A stretch of DNA of 64,000 nt from an uncultured delta proteobacterium (GCA_963790475.1 CAWBOS010000001.1:96001-160000); one strand, 5' to 3'. Counted from the first letter of the stretch, positions 9,968-19,399 are shown. Numbers and translations are program-made. Notes: a model not told the origin generated them from the letters alone.

Positions 9968-10128
9968 CCGGATTTCATGTTCCAGATCACCAAGGATGAA
10001 ATGGAGTCTTTGATATTCCAATTTGGAATATCAAAGACGAGCGGACGTGGAGGCCGTAGATACTTGCCATATGCTTTCACCGAGCAGGGAGTTGCCATGC
10101 TCTCTGATGTTTTGAATAGTGATCGAAA
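9968..10128 (+). pseudogene. ORF6N domain, C-terminal fragment
   Basis: [11 protein letters not shown]...[26 protein letters not shown]. Confidence 0.8.
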
Positions 10129-10155
10129 AGCAGATGATAGTGAGGCCGGAGGAAG

Positions 10156-10536
10156 ATGTTAGGTAAGGAAGTGCGGCATTTCAAGGACTTGATGGTTTGG
10201 CAAAGGAGTCATCAATTATTTCTTGATGTTGTACGGGACATTGAGAGCTTCAAGAAAGATGTGGTTTTAAGAATAATAATTGATCAGATCATTAGAAGTA
10301 TAGGCTCGATAAGTTCAAACATCGCCGAGGGATTTAACTCAAGGACGACAAAGCAGTATTTGAGCTTTCTTGATATTGTCCGAAGGTCCGCAGCGGAAAG
10401 TGAAAACTGGTTTTATAAACTAAGGGATATCGGTCAATTGGAACAAGATAAAGCCGAAACGAGAATAAACGAATGTGTGAAAATAAATAAAATGCTTTAC
10501 GGCCTGATGAACAGTTTGAAGAAAAAAATTCACTAA
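10156..10536 (+). CDS. Four helix bundle protein (23S rRNA IVP / bAvd-like fold)
   Basis: [27 protein letters not shown] and [11 protein letters not shown] motifs. Confidence 0.9.
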   Translation: MLGKEVRHFKDLMVWQRSHQLFLDVVRDIESFKKDVVLRIIIDQIIRSIGSISSNIAEGFNSRTTKQYLSFLDIVRRSAAESENWFYKLRDIGQLEQDKAETRINECVKINKMLYGLMNSLKKKIH

Positions 10537-10773
10537 CATCTGTATTTTTAATTGGAGGACCTAACATCTTCTCACTGACATCTGCATTTTGGGGTCTCAA
10601 AGAGAAGCAGGCCCGATACGGCAGGGGAAAAGGCAGACTAAAGGATTAGATTTTGACTGACTGTTTTTATCAATATTTTAGTTTTTACCTTCAGCCTTCA
10701 GTCTTCAGTTCCCTGTTTTCCACAGACGAAATGACCAAACAGACCATATGACTTAGTAACATCAATATTGATG

Positions 10774-12165
10774 TGTTGCCTAAAGTTGAAAACTGCATAG
10801 TTTAAAATTCAAAAGTGCATAGGGAACAAGTCAATATTTTTAAGTTTTTGGACATCGATCAATTTAGTTTTTGACCAGAATCTGACCTCCGATAGTATCC
10901 TGTTCAGGGGATAGATACGGAGGGTAACCTTTTCCAAAGGGACAGCCCCGTCAATTTTAATCTGTAAACCATTGACAGATATTTTTCTATAAGCATCGAT
11001 GGTTCTATCAACTCTAAGGCAAAAGATATCTTTAGGACTGCGCCAAGGAGGCCTGATCTGGAAAGATCGGAAGAGGGATTTGTTTTCCTTAAGGGCTCTT
11101 TGGAAACGCAGATAAGGGATTTCCTGGGTGGTAGAATGAACCTGGCGGTAATTATAGCGATACAGTTCCCGATTTAAGATTTGTTGGGCTTTTTTAGTGT
11201 CGGTGACTTCTTCGCGAACCAAAGATCTGACCAGGCGATCCTGGAGCCATCCGTAGGGGCGCTCGATCTTGCCTTTGGCTTGGGGAGATAAAGCGTAGGT
11301 GACTTTAACTTGACAATCGTCTAAGACTTGTTTCCATTGGGGGGAGACTTGGTCGGTAAGTTTATAGTGATTACGCCAAAGGGAATCCCGGCCTTGAACA
11401 AAGCGGAAGATAGAATGGGAATCCACGTAATAAGTAAAGGGGCAACCGTATTTGAGGATTACCGACTGAAGGGCCGAGATATGAGCCCAAGAGGTTTCTT
11501 TTTTGATCAGGGCGGCATAAAGGATATAACGGCTGAAATCGTCCAATGAAGTGATGAGGTGCCATTTTTCTTGGGCAGCCGGAGACCAGAGGTGGTAAGA
11601 AGAGTCATGTTGGATAAGTTCTCCAATGTAATTGGTCAAGACTTCTCGGTCATGACTGGCCTTTTTCTGTTTTTTAGGCAGGTAAAAATCATTCTTTTTG
11701 GCCCTATCGATAATGGTAGGAAGGGAGACCTGTTGTTTATATTTTTGGGCTAATAGGTCCCGGATGTAACTGTAGTTATAGGTTCTCAGGGGGACATTGG
11801 GGTTTTGGATGATTTTTTGTTCGGTCTTGAGTTCTTTGATGATGTTTTTTTCGGCTGCCTTAGGAATTTTGGGGTTGGAGATGCGATGGTATTGGATGGT
11901 GAAATTTTGAGGGTCTTCTTTGTATTTTTTAAGTAAATCAAAAAACCTTCTTTCTTTGATGCCGAAAAGTTCCTGGAGATGTTTTCTGTCTACTTGTTGG
12001 TTTGTGTAGCGTTGCATCAATTCTCTTACCTGTTCATCGGTAAATGTTTTGTGGATCTGGACCATACCCTGAAACCTCCGTTTTCTTCAGAGTATGGCTT
12101 TTTAGGTATGCAGTTTTGAACTTTAAATCCACTTAAACCTATGCACTTTTCAACTTTAAATGACA
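10774..12165 (-). mobile_element. IS1202-family (ISNCY/IS481-related) insertion sequence with 17-bp target duplication
   Basis: TGT...ACA ends; imperfect IR tgttgcctaaagttgaaaactgcatag / tgtcatttaaagttgaaaagtgcatag; repeated subterminal motifs; direct repeat taacatcaatattgatg at 10757-10773 and 12166-12182. Confidence 0.88.
10809..12065 (-). CDS. DDE transposase (rve-type, IS1202/IS481-like)
   Basis: GELIQHDSSYHLW, LDDFSR, YVDSHSIF and SPQAKGKIER motifs. Confidence 0.9.
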   Translation of the reverse strand: MVQIHKTFTDEQVRELMQRYTNQQVDRKHLQELFGIKERRFFDLLKKYKEDPQNFTIQYHRISNPKIPKAAEKNIIKELKTEQKIIQNPNVPLRTYNYSYIRDLLAQKYKQQVSLPTIIDRAKKNDFYLPKKQKKASHDREVLTNYIGELIQHDSSYHLWSPAAQEKWHLITSLDDFSRYILYAALIKKETSWAHISALQSVILKYGCPFTYYVDSHSIFRFVQGRDSLWRNHYKLTDQVSPQWKQVLDDCQVKVTYALSPQAKGKIERPYGWLQDRLVRSLVREEVTDTKKAQQILNRELYRYNYRQVHSTTQEIPYLRFQRALKENKSLFRSFQIRPPWRSPKDIFCLRVDRTIDAYRKISVNGLQIKIDGAVPLEKVTLRIYPLNRILSEVRFWSKTKLIDVQKLKNIDLFPMHF

Positions 12166-12192
12166 TAACATCAATATTGATGTTGAATAATT

Positions 12193-12546
12193 ATGGAATT
12201 CAGTGTAGAATTTTATAAAACCAAATCGGGCGGTTGCCCTGTGCAGGAATTTTTAGATGATCTTAAGGAAAAGGACCCTGACGATTTTTCCATAATTCTT
12301 GCTGGGTTAGCCAAACTTCGCCGGAGGGATTATCACTGGCCGCCCTTATCAAAGCCAATAGGAGAAGAACTTTTTGAACTACGCCATGTAGGTAAGCTGA
12401 ACACCCGCGTCATCTATTTTTTTATGAAAGGTCGCAGGATCATTGCCGTCCACGGGATTCGGAATAAGGCAAGAAAGATTTCAGAATCAGATTTTAAGAT
12501 CGCCAAGTCGCGTAAAGAAGACTGGGAGAAGAGAAATTCGCGATGA
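12193..12546 (+). CDS. Type II toxin, RelE/HigB (Gp49-like) family
   Basis: VEFYKTKSGGCPVQEFL, LFELR, RVIYFF and AVHG motifs; toxin-first order with ATGA overlap. Confidence 0.85.
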   Translation: MEFSVEFYKTKSGGCPVQEFLDDLKEKDPDDFSIILAGLAKLRRRDYHWPPLSKPIGEELFELRHVGKLNTRVIYFFMKGRRIIAVHGIRNKARKISESDFKIAKSRKEDWEKRNSR

Positions 12547-12929
12547 AAAGAAAAACTAATTTTGATCGATACCTTGAGGAACAATTAAAAGATAAAGATT
12601 TTGCCGGTCGATTCAGAAAGGCCGGCCAGGCCTGGGATGTGGCCCTGCAATTGACCGCTTTGCGAAAAAAAGTCGGTCTGTCTCAGAAGGAGCTGGCTCA
12701 AAAAGTGGGAACCTCACAGCAGCAAATCAGCAGGCTGGAGTCCACTTCCTACGAGGGGCATTCCTTAAGCATGCTGCGCAGGGTGGTGGAAACCCTGGGA
12801 GCGACAGTCAAGGTGGAAATTGAGTACAAGAAGAGTCCAGAGCTGTTTCCCGTGGCTGAAAAAAAGGCTTCTTATGGAGTCAAGAAACCGGCTCATGGCC
12901 CTGCCAGTCAAGCAGACCAGATAGACTAA
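12543..12929 (+). CDS. XRE-HTH antitoxin (HigA-like)
   Basis: LRKKVGLSQKELAQKVGTSQQQISRLES. Confidence 0.85.
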   Translation: MKRKTNFDRYLEEQLKDKDFAGRFRKAGQAWDVALQLTALRKKVGLSQKELAQKVGTSQQQISRLESTSYEGHSLSMLRRVVETLGATVKVEIEYKKSPELFPVAEKKASYGVKKPAHGPASQADQID

Positions 12930-13011
12930 ATGGACCTGATGGACAAAACAGACCATATGACCAAATAGACCAGATAATAACATTGGAGTTTAATCCCTTG
13001 AACCCTGGAAC

Positions 13012-13141
13012 GGCTCGGCTGAGCCTTTTCGATCAACTCAAGGCCCTGAGCGGACTCGACCTGAGCCGTTTCGAAAAACTCAAGGCCCTGAACATGTCGA
13101 AAGGCTCGCCGATGGTCATGTCGATGGGCTCGCCGCAAGCC
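13012..13141. repeat. Nested palindromic mini-elements, A(B(A'(B')))
   Basis: Removing the inner layers restores two similar 39-bp B units and two GAGCTC-centred A hairpins; flanked by cccttgaaccctg direct repeats. Confidence 0.75.
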
Positions 13142-13351
13142 CTTGAACCCTGTTTTATCAAGCCTGGTCCGTGAAGCAAACCAATAAGACCCTATTTTTT
13201 AATCAAGAAAAGATGGGGTTTTTGTTTTGGAGTGGATGATAAAAGGGAGTAGGGTAATCGGGTAAAATCTAAACCAATCGGCCAAATGGGAGCAAATAAC
13301 TTGATTCAGAAAACTCATCCCTTGTCAAAGAGTGCATCATCGTATTAACGC

Positions 13352-14071
13352 ATGAAGTCTGATCGCATAAAAAACTGGCCGAAAGCAGAGCGGCCACGGG
13401 AAAGGCTGCTGGCCGAAGGGGCCGACAAGCTCACCGAGGCAGAGTTGCTTGCCATTATCTTACGCGTAGGGCAAGGCACGTTCAAGGAAGGTGTGTTGGG
13501 GCAGAATGCCTCCGATTTCGCCCGTACAATTCTGAAGGACTTTCATGGTCTCCGCGGACTGGATCGCGCTCACGTTCAGGATCTGCTGAAAGTGCCCGGC
13601 CTCGGACCCGCAAAAGTCGCTCAAATCAAAGCCGCTTTTGAACTCGGGAAAAAGGTCTGCGCTGGGAAACTGACAGTTCCTTCTTTCGAGTCCTCCCAAG
13701 CAATAGCCAACCACTTTCGCCCCCGTTTCAAGGGAAAACGCCAGGAGATAGTTACTGCCGTCTTTCTGAACGGACAGAACCAGCGTGTTGACGTAAAAGA
13801 CATCACCGAAGGGACCCCGACCCAAGCCACTGTCTATGTCCGCCGGGTCATTGAGGAAGCCCTCCGCCTCTCAGCGGCCGCGGTGGTTCTGGTCCACAAT
13901 CACCCGTCCGGCAATCCTGAACCCTCCGCCGGCGACGATGAAACTACGCGCGATCTGTTGAAGGCGTGCAAACTGGTCCAACTGGTCTTGCTCGATCACG
14001 TGATTGTCGGTGAGATCGAATATTACAGTTACTCTGACTCCGGTCGACTTAAGGAGCTTGAAAACGAGTAG
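13352..14071 (+). CDS. radC: RadC-family JAB/MPN protein
   Basis: ERPRERLL, ELLAIILR, GLGPAK and HNHPSG...S..D...LLDHVIV motifs. Confidence 0.92.
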   Translation: MKSDRIKNWPKAERPRERLLAEGADKLTEAELLAIILRVGQGTFKEGVLGQNASDFARTILKDFHGLRGLDRAHVQDLLKVPGLGPAKVAQIKAAFELGKKVCAGKLTVPSFESSQAIANHFRPRFKGKRQEIVTAVFLNGQNQRVDVKDITEGTPTQATVYVRRVIEEALRLSAAAVVLVHNHPSGNPEPSAGDDETTRDLLKACKLVQLVLLDHVIVGEIEYYSYSDSGRLKELENE

Positions 14072-14081
14072 AGGGAGATTT

Positions 14082-16331
14082 ATGGCTAAAAAGAAACTGG
14101 AACCCCAGCCCTATGTTAAACCGGACCAACTCCAGATCCGTGGTAACGAAATATTCAGCCCTATTCGCCAAAAATACGTGCCGCTAACACCCGAAGAAAG
14201 GGTGAGACAGGAGTTTCTTTTCGTCTTGATCAACGAATACGGTTATTCCCTAGATCAGATTGATGAAGAGACTCCGGTGACCAGCCGTGGTTCCGCACAA
14301 GCCCGCGCCGATTTTCTTATCTGGAGGACGCCCGACGCCAAGAAGCGACAGGAACACGCCTTGATAGTCATCGAATGCAAGGCTGACAACGTAACCATCT
14401 CCTTAAAAGACTATGTTCAGGGCGCTAACTATGCACAGTATGAACACGCACGGTTCTTTGTCACTCATAACCACCGCGAGACCAAATACTGGAAAGTGGA
14501 TGATAACCGGCGGATGCCGAACTATGATGAGATCGAGAACATACCCCATGCTGATGCAACAGACAAGGATATCACGGAATTACTGGCTCGTCTGAAGGTC
14601 TTCAAGGAGGACGAATTCGCCGATCTCCTCCATCAATGCCACAATGTCATCCGTAACCGAGAAAAAAAGGATCCTGCCGCTGCTTTTGACGAAATTGCAA
14701 AGATACTGTTCGTTAAAGTGGATATCGAGCGCCGCCTTCGCAAAGGAAAAGTCCGAAAGAATCTTTTCACTGCTGAATTCCTTGATGATCAGAGGGAATT
14801 ACATGATGATCCGATGAACGTCCTCTTCAAACAGACCAAAGAGGACTACAAAACAGATAAAATTTTCGATCCCGAGGAAACTATTAATCTGAAATTTAAC
14901 ACTGCCCGTGAAATCGTTAAGCTTCTGGAGAGATACAATCTTTCCGATACAAGTGAGGACATAAAAGGGATTGCTTTCGAGCGCTTTCTCGGAAGAACAT
15001 TCCGTGGAGATATTGGGCAATTCTTCACTCCCCGGACCATCGTTGAATTCATGGTTCGCATGTTGGATCCAAAGGAAGGCGATATTATTTGTGATCCTGC
15101 GAGTGGTTCTGGGGGTTTTTTAATCCGGTTTTTTGAAATTGTCCGTCAGCAAATCCTTGCTGATGCTGACCGCCAGTATCAGGAATTCAAGGTAGAAATC
15201 GAAGCAAAGTCAAATCTATCAAAAGAGAAGAAGGCGGAAATTCTTCGTAATAAATACGATGAGATCCAGGAAACATTGGATCCCCAAAGGCGAGGATCTC
15301 GACTTTGGAGCCTGGCCAACCAATATATTTTTGGCACAGATGCCAATGATCGTATGGCACGGACCAGTAAGATGAACATGATCATGCATGGAGATGGCCA
15401 CGGCGGTGTTCATCATCACGACGGGTTCATCAACGTCAACGGCATCTTCGAGGGCCGTTTTAATATCATTCTTACCAATCCTCCTTTTGGTTCCAGCGTC
15501 GAGGAGTCCGACATAATTCTTGAATCTGATACCACTACTGATGAAGAGGCAGAGCGCCTCTATAGTCGTGAGTTTGGTAAATTGTATTCTGAAGCCCAGG
15601 CCAAGGTAAGAGCCTCAAGAGGTAAGCCCATTGCTTCACTTTTCGAACTTTCAAAGGACAACAAAGGAAAAGTTGGCAAGGTCAAAACAGAGATTCTCTT
15701 CATTGAGCGATGTCTCTCATTATTAAAACCGGGAGGGAGGTTGGGAATTGTCCTACCTGAAGGGATATTCAATAACCCTTCGCTTGACTATGTTAGAGAA
15801 TTCTGTGAGGACCGCGCCTATATCAGAGCCGTTGTAAGCCTGCCACAAGAAACCTTTTTCTCAATTGGTGCCAGCGTGAAGGCCTCACTTCTTTTTATGC
15901 AGAAGTTCACCGAAAAAGAGAAGGCCGATCTCGATGCCAAGCAGGCCGAAGCCAACGTCGAGGTGAAGGCGAGGTATGACAACGCCATTACTAACGAGAC
16001 TGCGAGTCTGGAGTCGGCGATAGCGGCAGCCAAGGAAGCACGGGATACAGAAAAGCGAAAGATACTTCAAAAAGAATTGGCTGACTATGAGAAGCGGATG
16101 GCCGGGATCATCCTAAATGAAACCCGCGCCTTACTAAAAGAGAGATTTCCCTATCCTATCTTTCTCTACAAGGCCGAAAAGGTAGGTATTACCGCTACAG
16201 GGGAACAGGACCAAAACGAGCTGGTTCCCAACGATAACCAACCGTCGGGCATTATGAAGACGTGCATAGAGCTTTATCGGGAGTTCCGGCGCAATCCCAA
16301 GCAGTTCTTTTTGACGGAGGCAACAGAGTGA
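14082..16331 (+). CDS. Fused PD-(D/E)XK nuclease (HSDR_N-like) and N6-adenine methyltransferase (type IIB/IIG- or type I M-like)
   Basis: TPEERVRQ, RADFLIW and IECK in the N-terminus; GQFFTPR, DPASGSGGFL and NPPF MTase motifs; start taken at ATG 14082 after GGGAG. Confidence 0.88.
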   Translation: MAKKKLEPQPYVKPDQLQIRGNEIFSPIRQKYVPLTPEERVRQEFLFVLINEYGYSLDQIDEETPVTSRGSAQARADFLIWRTPDAKKRQEHALIVIECKADNVTISLKDYVQGANYAQYEHARFFVTHNHRETKYWKVDDNRRMPNYDEIENIPHADATDKDITELLARLKVFKEDEFADLLHQCHNVIRNREKKDPAAAFDEIAKILFVKVDIERRLRKGKVRKNLFTAEFLDDQRELHDDPMNVLFKQTKEDYKTDKIFDPEETINLKFNTAREIVKLLERYNLSDTSEDIKGIAFERFLGRTFRGDIGQFFTPRTIVEFMVRMLDPKEGDIICDPASGSGGFLIRFFEIVRQQILADADRQYQEFKVEIEAKSNLSKEKKAEILRNKYDEIQETLDPQRRGSRLWSLANQYIFGTDANDRMARTSKMNMIMHGDGHGGVHHHDGFINVNGIFEGRFNIILTNPPFGSSVEESDIILESDTTTDEEAERLYSREFGKLYSEAQAKVRASRGKPIASLFELSKDNKGKVGKVKTEILFIERCLSLLKPGGRLGIVLPEGIFNNPSLDYVREFCEDRAYIRAVVSLPQETFFSIGASVKASLLFMQKFTEKEKADLDAKQAEANVEVKARYDNAITNETASLESAIAAAKEARDTEKRKILQKELADYEKRMAGIILNETRALLKERFPYPIFLYKAEKVGITATGEQDQNELVPNDNQPSGIMKTCIELYREFRRNPKQFFLTEATE

Positions 16332-17710
16332 ATGCGACGCACACACCATCCCGCGCCTTTGCCGTTTGGTGGAAGGAATTCGATCGCTGGAGTGTAAGCT
16401 ATTTTCAATCTGGACGGTGGTATTGGCCACAGAGTCTTTTGAACCGTGTGGACGAATTTACGAAATCAGAAGCAATCCCAATCACGGTTAGTGAAGCTCA
16501 AAAACAGAATATCCCAATTATCTCGAAAATAAATTTCGGCGGCGAACTCTTCCTTCGCAATAGTAAAGATTACCCTAATTACAAAGGCCGTTTATTTCTG
16601 GTAAATCCTAATCGTTTTATCTTTTCCAAGATAAACGCGAAGCGTGGTTGTATTTACTATTCGCCAGAAAACCAGAAACCGTTTGCTGTGAGTTCAGAGT
16701 ATCCAGTTTTAAAGTTAGATACCAAAAAGATTTTAGGCGATTACTTTAATCTGGCTATGCGTGTGGGCCCTGCTCGTGAGGGCTTGGTCGGCTCCGCTGC
16801 TGGTATGGCAAAAGCCCGGACTAATCTTGAAGATTTTAAGAATATTCAAATACCACTTCTTTCGCTGGCCGAGCAAAAGGCCATTGTCTCACGCTGGCGA
16901 AAAGCGCAGGACGAAATCGCCGCCGTCCGTGATCGCGTGAAAAAGCGAAAATCAACGATTGATGTTCGGTTCTTAGGTGACTTGGGCTTGCGGTCGCCCG
17001 CACAAGGTTCTATACCCAAAGCCTTTGCTGTTTGGTGGCAAGATTTTCTCCGTTGGGGGGTCGGTTTCAATTTCCTTTGCCAGAGCGGTGCTGATCTGAC
17101 GCGAGGCAAGTATCCAGTTTTCGAACTAGGTGCGCTCCTCGAATTAATTCAATACGGAACAAGCGAAAAGGCAAACACTAACGCCGATGGCGTAGCAGTT
17201 ATTCGAATGAATAATATTCTTGATGGCGAACTCGATCTCAGAAATCTTAAACATCTACAGCTTTCCAAGAATGAGAGAGAAAGACTGCTTTTGAAGGATG
17301 GAGACATACTTTTCAATCGCACGAACAGCAAAGAACTAGTCGGAAAATGTGCCGTGTTTCATGCTCAGGGGGAATACGTCTTCGCTTCCTACCTTATTCG
17401 TATTCGAGCGGATTCCTCCAAAGCTAATCCCGATTTCTTAGCCTACGTTATTAACTGTCCAATCGGCCGGCAACAAATCAACGCTCTCAGTCGACAGATT
17501 ATCGGGCAGGCCAACGTCAATAGTGTTGAACTTCGCGGCCTGCAAATTCCACTCCCACCGCTAAGCGTGCAAAAACAAATCATGGAACGGGTGGCGGCGG
17601 GGCGTGCCGAAATCGCCCGCGAGCGAGAAGCCGCTGACCACCTCGACCAAGAAATCAAAGCTGAAATCGAAGCCCTGATTTTAGGCACGAAGAAAGTGAG
17701 TGATTTATGA
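16328..17710 (+). CDS. hsdS: Restriction-modification specificity (HsdS-like) subunit
   Basis: Two TRD-like halves, each preceded by AFAVWW...RW; IPLLSLAEQKAIV and IPLPPLSVQKQI conserved helices; GTGA overlap with the MTase stop. Confidence 0.85.
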   Translation: MNATHTPSRAFAVWWKEFDRWSVSYFQSGRWYWPQSLLNRVDEFTKSEAIPITVSEAQKQNIPIISKINFGGELFLRNSKDYPNYKGRLFLVNPNRFIFSKINAKRGCIYYSPENQKPFAVSSEYPVLKLDTKKILGDYFNLAMRVGPAREGLVGSAAGMAKARTNLEDFKNIQIPLLSLAEQKAIVSRWRKAQDEIAAVRDRVKKRKSTIDVRFLGDLGLRSPAQGSIPKAFAVWWQDFLRWGVGFNFLCQSGADLTRGKYPVFELGALLELIQYGTSEKANTNADGVAVIRMNNILDGELDLRNLKHLQLSKNERERLLLKDGDILFNRTNSKELVGKCAVFHAQGEYVFASYLIRIRADSSKANPDFLAYVINCPIGRQQINALSRQIIGQANVNSVELRGLQIPLPPLSVQKQIMERVAAGRAEIAREREAADHLDQEIKAEIEALILGTKKVSDL

Positions 17711-19263
17711 GCCGCGGAAGACAAAAGGTGTCATTTGAGGGTCTCTTGCAGGAGAACGTCCTTGGAACTTTTGCTGTGATACGCGGCTTTGCTGAACTAC
17801 GCGACCTCATCGATGTTTCCATAGCAATGCCTTACCAGGGCGCCATGAACGGTCAGGGCACCGGCTATCAGAGACAATTTGATGAGCAACACGTTGAAGA
17901 CCTTAAACGGTTCTTAAGCAAGGGCCGCTACCGTTTCTTCCCCGAGATAGTCCTCAGCCTCAGAAGTAAAGGGGCGACTGATCCCATAGTCTCGTATACC
18001 AAGAAGAGATCATCATTAAATGACAAAACCTACGGGATCTCCGTGGGGCTCAAGGCACTACGCAAGGATGGCTTCACAAGGATTCACAGGATTGACGGTA
18101 ACCACCGTTTGGAGGCAGCCAAACGGCTGTTAGAAGAGCAGAAGAGGTCTGCTTCTTTCAAAGATTTCACCAAAGCCCCTTTCTGCTTTGTCATCTTGAA
18201 CTCGGATAGGCAGGAGGATGACGAGTTGGCCGAAGCCATGCTTTTTAATCTGATTAACAGTAAGGCTCTGCCTATCGCTTCAGAACATAGCCTTTCGGTT
18301 CTGATGCGCGATGACGGCGCTGCCACCGAACGATTCGTTGAGGACCCTCAAGTGTATCTGACGCGTTGGATACACGACAAAGTCAAAGACTGGCCTGAGG
18401 CCTTTTATACCGCAATGGGGGAAACGCCCCTGTCTCGTATACATTCTACAGCAGGGGTGCTGCTTCGCCCCGGTGGAATATCAAACGAAACCCAGCAAAG
18501 CATGGAGACCGAAGCGGGGCACCTTTTCAGCCCCCTTTACGACTTGGTCGTAAGGCTCCGCGATGAACATTTGAAATTTGTTCACTCTTATGCATATCTA
18601 CCTGTCGCAGCCGAAGTTTATGTACGCCACTCCAAAGTCGATTCTGCAAAAGGGGCCAACACAGAAGCGGAGCGACTCCGTCGTGCGGAACGCTGGCTCC
18701 GTGACTTTGCCCGCTGGTTTGATACTGTCGGAGGTACGGACATGCCTTTGCCAGCCGATCCCTCCATTCTCTGGACTATTTTCAAGCGTGATTTTGACAA
18801 ACGAGCAGGGAAGGTCTTCGTTGCTATGTCATTTAGGCGCGAACGGGATTTTCAGGATGTAGGAATGGCAATTGATGAGGCGCTAGACCAGTTCAATACG
18901 GAGCACCCAAACACACCTCTCGCACCAAGGCGCGCGGACAAACAAAAAGGCGCGAGCTATGAAATTCCGGCCTGGATATTCTCAGAAATCGATCAGAGTC
19001 GATTGGTCATTGCAGACCTGACTGATGAGAGGCCGAACGTCTACTGTGAAGTGGGTTATGCTAAATCGAAAGGAATTCCTTTTATCCTGACCTTCCATAA
19101 AAGAAACCCTGATGACAAACCACCATGGGACCGAGAATCATCACCCGGCAATAAGGTTCATTTTGATCTAACACCCTATCGTTATATTGCATATGAGACT
19201 GCATTCGAACTGCGAGATAAGCTAAAACAGGAACTTAACGCTTTTGTTGAGCGAGCATTATAA
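17707..19263 (+). CDS. DGQHR/DndB-like domain fused to a nucleoside 2-deoxyribosyltransferase/TIR-like domain
   Basis: N-terminus GYQR, FFPEIVL, IDGNHR, FNLINSKALP; C-terminus VFVAMSF, LVIADLT, PNVYCEVGYA, HFDL; ATGA overlap with hsdS. Confidence 0.75.
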   Translation: MSRGRQKVSFEGLLQENVLGTFAVIRGFAELRDLIDVSIAMPYQGAMNGQGTGYQRQFDEQHVEDLKRFLSKGRYRFFPEIVLSLRSKGATDPIVSYTKKRSSLNDKTYGISVGLKALRKDGFTRIHRIDGNHRLEAAKRLLEEQKRSASFKDFTKAPFCFVILNSDRQEDDELAEAMLFNLINSKALPIASEHSLSVLMRDDGAATERFVEDPQVYLTRWIHDKVKDWPEAFYTAMGETPLSRIHSTAGVLLRPGGISNETQQSMETEAGHLFSPLYDLVVRLRDEHLKFVHSYAYLPVAAEVYVRHSKVDSAKGANTEAERLRRAERWLRDFARWFDTVGGTDMPLPADPSILWTIFKRDFDKRAGKVFVAMSFRRERDFQDVGMAIDEALDQFNTEHPNTPLAPRRADKQKGASYEIPAWIFSEIDQSRLVIADLTDERPNVYCEVGYAKSKGIPFILTFHKRNPDDKPPWDRESSPGNKVHFDLTPYRYIAYETAFELRDKLKQELNAFVERAL

Positions 19264-19399
19264 GTCGCCTAAATATTAATGTTGGCCTTTGATGAGAATA
19301 AACATCCCCTTCAAAAAGATAGGAGTAAGTTTCTTTAGAATAACTACAACTAACAATCCAATTTTCGATTTTACATAAATATTTTACGGGGGAAAATTG

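Noticed and set aside
10156-10536. Diversity-generating retroelement (Avd-like gene)
   Set aside because: No reverse transcriptase and no TR/VR pair differing only at adenines; the duplicated segments differ at mixed bases.
1362-12976. CRISPR array from the short repeats
   Set aside because: Units are 7-13 nt, degenerate, without regular unique spacers, and no cas genes are present.
17707-19263. Dnd phosphorothioation or Dpd system
   Set aside because: Only a DndB-like domain is present; no dndC/D/E, ssp or dpdA-like genes.
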